Positions 60,346 to 64,000 of a DNA stretch of 64,000 nt are shown here, in pieces. A model generated the notes under the pieces. It ran no database searches. It was not told the DNA's origin and saw nothing but the letters and a program-made list of their open reading frames with translations. The first letter of the stretch is position 1; every line of letters begins with the position of its first letter. Both the position numbers and the translations under genes were made by a program. The DNA comes from Myxococcales bacterium (lineage in GTDB: Bacteria; Myxococcota_A; Bradymonadia; UBA7976; UBA1532): contig JACKDP010000001.1 in assembly GCA_020633435.1 (NCBI GenBank), forward strand, positions 517,359 to 581,358. Direction: 5' to 3'.

Positions 60346-62304
60346 ATGCGCGGCGGACTGCTGGGGCTGGCCCTCATGGTGGGCTGTGGGGGCGCGGGGA
60401 CGCGCGGCGGGGCGGCCGAGGACGCCGAGCAGGCGGCCTTCCTGGGGGCCGACGCCCAGGGCGGGCTGGACGCCGCCGGGGCCTGCGCGGTGCGCAAGCA
60501 GGCGCGCGAGGCGACGCCGGCGGCCCTCGCGGCGGCGGGCGTGGGGCCGAAGGCGGTGGCCGCGCTGCTGGCCCACCGCGCCGGGCCCGATGGCCAGCCG
60601 GGCACGCCCGACGACGGCGGCTTCGACACCCTGGCCGAGCTGGACGCGGTGCCGTTCGTGGGCCCCGAGGCCTTCAAGTGGCTGCAGGCCAGCGCCCCGC
60701 CCTGCGGCGACATCGCCGTGCAAGTGCTCGGGATCAATGACTTTCATGGCAACCTGCTGCCACCGTCCGGGTCGGGCGGGCGCATCCAGACGGGGCCGGA
60801 TCGCGAGAAGGACGCCGTCGAGGCCGGCGGCGTCGAGTACCTGGCGACGCACCTGGCGCGCCTGGCGGCGACGTCCCCCAACACCGTCATCGTGGCGGCC
60901 GGCGACCTGGTGGGGGCGAGCCCGCTCATCTCGGCGCTCTTCCACGACGAGCCCGCCATCGAGGCGCTGAGCCTGGCCGGGCTCGACGCCGCCGCCGTGG
61001 GCAACCACGAGTTCGACGAGGGCTGGGCCGAGCTGCTGCGGCTGCAGCGCGGGGGCTGCCACCCCAAGGATGGCTGCCGCACGGCGGTCCCGTTCGCGGG
61101 CGCCGACTTCCAGTACCTGGGAGCCAACGTCATCGTCGAGGCGACGGGCGAGACGCTCTTCCCGCCCACCCTGGTGCGGCGCTTCGGCGGCGTGCGCGTG
61201 GGCTTCATCGGGTTGACGCTGGAGGGCACCCCGTCGGTGACGGTGGCGTCGGGCGTCAAGGGCCTGCGCTTCGGCGACGAGATCGCCACCATCAACGCCC
61301 AGGCCGCGGCGCTCAAGGCGCAGGGCATCGAGACCATCGTCGTGCTCATCCACGAGGGCGGCAAGACGACGGGGCTCTACAACGGCTGCGAGGGGCTCAG
61401 CGGGCCCATCATCGACATCGTGGCCGGCCTCGACGCCGCCGTGGACGTGGTGCTCACCGGCCACAGCCACCAGGCGTACCTGTGCCGCCTCGGGGGCCGC
61501 ATCGTGGCCTCGGGGGCCCACGCCGGGCGGCTGGTGACGGACGTCGACCTGACCATCTCCGAGGTCACCGGCGACGTGGTGTCCATGCAGGCCGAGAACG
61601 TCATCGTCACGCGGGACGTGCCGAAGGCGCCGGCCCTGACGGCCCTCATCGAGCGCTACCAGGCGGTGGCCGCCCCCCTGGCCAACCGCGTCGTCGGCGT
61701 CGTCGAGGGGGATCTGACGCGGGCCTTGTCGCCGGCGGGCGAGAGCAGCCTGGGCAACGTCATCGCCGACGCGCAGCTCGCCGCCACCCGCGCCGAGGGG
61801 GCGGTCATCGCCTTCATGAACCCCGGCGGCCTGCGGGCCGACATCGGCGCGGCGCAGGTCGCGGGCGGCGAGGCGCCGGGCCAGGTGACGTACGGCGAGG
61901 CCTTCACGGCCCAGCCCTTCAACAACCTGCTCGTGAGCATGGACCTCACGGGGGCCCAGCTCGACACCCTGCTGGAGCAGCAGTGGAAGGGCGACCGCGC
62001 CCGCATCCTCTCGGTTTCACAGGGGTTTCGGTATCGCTACGACGCCCGCAAGCCCCTCGGCGATCGCGTCGACGCCCTGACGCTGGACGGCAAGCCCATC
62101 GATCCGGCCGCCACCTACCGCATCACCGTGAACAGCTTCCTGGCCGACGGGGGCGACACCTTCGCCATCCTGGGCGAGGGCCAGCGGCGGGTGACGGGCG
62201 CGGTGGACGTGGACGCGCTGGCCGACTGGCTGGCGGCCCACCAGCCCCTGCCCGTGCCGACCCTCGACCGCATCACCCGCGTGGACGCGCCGAAGCAGCC
62301 CTGA
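60346..62304 (+). CDS. bifunctional metallophosphatase/5'-nucleotidase lipoprotein with N-terminal HhH-like segment
   Basis: Lipobox LALMVGC; NDFHG, GNHEFD, GHSH motifs; N-terminal AAGVGPKAVAALLAHR resembles a ComEA-type HhH. Confidence 0.8.
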   Translation: MRGGLLGLALMVGCGGAGTRGGAAEDAEQAAFLGADAQGGLDAAGACAVRKQAREATPAALAAAGVGPKAVAALLAHRAGPDGQPGTPDDGGFDTLAELDAVPFVGPEAFKWLQASAPPCGDIAVQVLGINDFHGNLLPPSGSGGRIQTGPDREKDAVEAGGVEYLATHLARLAATSPNTVIVAAGDLVGASPLISALFHDEPAIEALSLAGLDAAAVGNHEFDEGWAELLRLQRGGCHPKDGCRTAVPFAGADFQYLGANVIVEATGETLFPPTLVRRFGGVRVGFIGLTLEGTPSVTVASGVKGLRFGDEIATINAQAAALKAQGIETIVVLIHEGGKTTGLYNGCEGLSGPIIDIVAGLDAAVDVVLTGHSHQAYLCRLGGRIVASGAHAGRLVTDVDLTISEVTGDVVSMQAENVIVTRDVPKAPALTALIERYQAVAAPLANRVVGVVEGDLTRALSPAGESSLGNVIADAQLAATRAEGAVIAFMNPGGLRADIGAAQVAGGEAPGQVTYGEAFTAQPFNNLLVSMDLTGAQLDTLLEQQWKGDRARILSVSQGFRYRYDARKPLGDRVDALTLDGKPIDPAATYRITVNSFLADGGDTFAILGEGQRRVTGAVDVDALADWLAAHQPLPVPTLDRITRVDAPKQP

Positions 62305-62316
62305 CGGGCCGGCGGG

Positions 62317-62646
62317 TCAGAGGACCAGCCAGGGGTCGTCGGCGTGCAGGAAGTCGAACCGGCCGTCCGCCGGCGCGGCGGCGACCAGGCGGTCGTGCTC
62401 CACGAAGACGTAGAAGGGCCAGTCCGGCGGATCGGCGCCGCAGGCCGGGCACGTCTCGCCCTCCCCGTCGACGACGACGCGGGCCAGGCCCGGTCGGCCC
62501 TGGTCGTTGCCCCCCCAGGCCAGCGTGTCGCCCAGGCGGTAGTCGAACTGCCAGCAGTCACCGAACTTGAACTGGACGTAGACCTGGACCTGCGCGCTGC
62601 ACCACGGGCAGCACAGGTCGACCGCGACCCGGTTGAACGCCCCCAT
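62317..62646 (-). CDS. small zinc-ribbon-like protein
   Basis: 109 aa from ATG with AGGAGG RBS; CPWC...CPAC. Confidence 0.5.
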   Translation of the reverse strand: MGAFNRVAVDLCCPWCSAQVQVYVQFKFGDCWQFDYRLGDTLAWGGNDQGRPGLARVVVDGEGETCPACGADPPDWPFYVFVEHDRLVAAAPADGRFDFLHADDPWLVL

Positions 62647-62669
62647 CGACCCCTCCTGACGCCTTGCCC

Positions 62670-63002
62670 TCAGTCGAACAGGAACTCCACCGCCATCCCG
62701 TCGGGATCCCGGGTGTAGAGGCGGCCGCGGACGTCCTCCCACGGGGCGCCGAGGGCCGCGAGCCGGGCCTCCAGCGCGGGCCGCTCGCTGGCGGGCAGCG
62801 CGAGGGCGAGGTGGTGGCCGTGGGCCACGCCCACCGGATCGGCCGGCCCCCGCGGCACGATGGCCAGGTGCACGCCGCCCGCGCTCACGAGGGTGTGGCC
62901 GGCCCGCGTGGTGGCCTCCCCGGCCAGCAGCGCGGTGTAGAAGGCGCGGCTGGCGGCCACGTCCGCCGCCGCCACGCCCACATGGTCGACCCGCAGGCTC
63001 AC
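62670..63002 (-). CDS. VOC/glyoxalase-family protein
   Basis: VSLRVDHVGVAAADVAASRAFYTALLAG...MAVEFLFD; GTG overlaps upstream stop (GTGA). Confidence 0.55.
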   Translation of the reverse strand: MSLRVDHVGVAAADVAASRAFYTALLAGEATTRAGHTLVSAGGVHLAIVPRGPADPVGVAHGHHLALALPASERPALEARLAALGAPWEDVRGRLYTRDPDGMAVEFLFD

Positions 63003-64000
63003 CGGTCCAGCCCCAGGGCGATCTCGAGGTTCTCGATCTGGCTCTTCAGGCGCTGCACGTCGTACTCCCGCGTCCACACCTCTTGCTGGGCCAGGTCGCG
63101 CCCGGCCTCGGCCTCGCGCAGGGCGGCCAGGGTGGCGTCCCGGGCCTCCTCGGCGTCGCGCCGGCGCGTCCGCGCCGCGGCCACCAGCACCTCCAGCTCG
63201 CGCAGGCGGCGATCGCCCCCGCTGACCTCGCCGTCGCGCTCCGCCTGCTCGGCCAGGACGCTGGCCAGCTCGCGCTCGGCGGCCAGGGCGCGGCGGCGGG
63301 CCTCGGCCACCTCCAGGCGGACGGCCTCGCGCTGCTCCTCCCGGCGGCGGCGCTCGGCCTCGGCCCCTCCACCCTCCGCCACCCGGGCGGCCAGGCCGGC
63401 GACCTCGGCCTCCAGGGCGGCCCGGCGCACGGCCTCAGGGGTGGCCTCCTCGGCGGCGGCCCGCGCGGCGGCGGCCTGCAGGGCGGCCCGCGAGAACTCG
63501 CCCGTCGGCAGATCATCAAGGGGATCAAGCGCTTGCGGGCGCGCGGCCGGGGCGATAGGGCCCGTGGGGCGGCGTGGCAGCGGGCGCACGACCACCGGCA
63601 CCAGCTCGGCCGGCGGGCGCGACATGACGGTGGGCGGGGGCGGCGGGGCGGCCGGCCGGGACGGCGGCGGCACCGAGACCCGCGGGATGAGGATGGGCCC
63701 GGGCGGGTCGCTCGGCGGCGGCACCGGGATGGCCGCCGGGGCGGGCGCTTCTCGCGGCCGGCGGGCGCAGCAGGCGCGGATCGGCCAGGCAGGTGGCGCC
63801 GGCCGGGCGACCGGTGACGGGGCGCTCGACCACGGGGGGCCTCGTCGGCCTCGCCCAGCAGGCGGGGGTCGATGACGCGGGTCGCGCCCCGGCGGCCCGC
63901 GGGCTCCGGCCGCGGGGCGGCGGCGCGCGGCGCCCGGCCGGGCATGACCCGCACGCGCTGGTCGCCGATCTGGATGACGTCCCCCGCCATCAGCGGGAAC
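62999..64000 (-). CDS. FHA-domain / Pro-rich / coiled-coil protein, 5' end beyond the window, possibly frameshifted
   Basis: FHA-like C-terminal strand GDVIQIGDQRVRV at the window edge in one frame; Pro-rich linker and coiled-coil C-terminus in another. Confidence 0.35.
   Translation of the reverse strand, partial: VPADGGGRHPDRRPARAGHARPGAARRRPAAGARGPPGRDPRHRPPPAGRGRRGPPWSSAPSPVARPAPPAWPIRACCARRPREAPAPAAIPVPPPSDPPGPILIPRVSVPPPSRPAAPPPPPTVMSRPPAELVPVVVRPLPRRPTGPIAPAARPQALDPLDDLPTGEFSRAALQAAAARAAAEEATPEAVRRAALEAEVAGLAARVAEGGGAEAERRRREEQREAVRLEVAEARRRALAAERELASVLAEQAERDGEVSGGDRRLRELEVLVAAARTRRRDAEEARDATLAALREAEAGRDLAQQEVWTREYDVQRLKSQIENLEIALGLDR

Overview
High-G+C bacterial chromosomal window (by eye roughly 70% G+C or more; no composition was computed) with myxobacteria-like gene content: a sigma-54 activator with TPR region, a MopE-type Cys-rich repeat lipoprotein, an FHA fragment and many lipoproteins. 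All calls come from reading the six-frame translations and the DNA by eye; no database search was run. The left part (1-37.5 kb) looks like core chromosome: hppD-hmgA with a divergent LysR regulator, lpxB, a cysteine desulfurase-mnmA-rnc operon, a U32-family protein translationally coupled to chorismate mutase, rubredoxin, a 1284-aa sigma-54 activator, an RNA methyltransferase, an amidase, queE-queC, rpsU, a MopE-like/FadL-like/lipoprotein operon and an HflK/HflC-like pair with apparent frameshifts. At 37467-53318 a ~15.9 kb integrative element sits in the 3' end of a thioredoxin-family gene, bounded by a 30-bp direct repeat with one mismatch. It carries a tyrosine integrase, a serine recombinase, two Xis/AlpA-like HTH genes, a HEPN-like protein and a tightly coupled four-gene operon: HTH, SNF2 helicase, Type III Mod-like methyltransferase, and a Type III Res-like helicase-nuclease fused to a LexA-like S24 domain. 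That operon is my best candidate for the undescribed system. Right of attR lies more accessory-looking DNA: a P-loop NTPase coupled to a protein with about nine near-identical 46-aa TPR-like repeats, a small protein with a possible His/Cys dyad, and an RHH-GNAT toxin-antitoxin pair. Core genes resume with ppa and a 5'-nucleotidase. No rRNA, tRNA or CRISPR array was recognised. Coordinates taken from the ORF track are firm; start codons I chose and sites read off the DNA may be off by a few bases.
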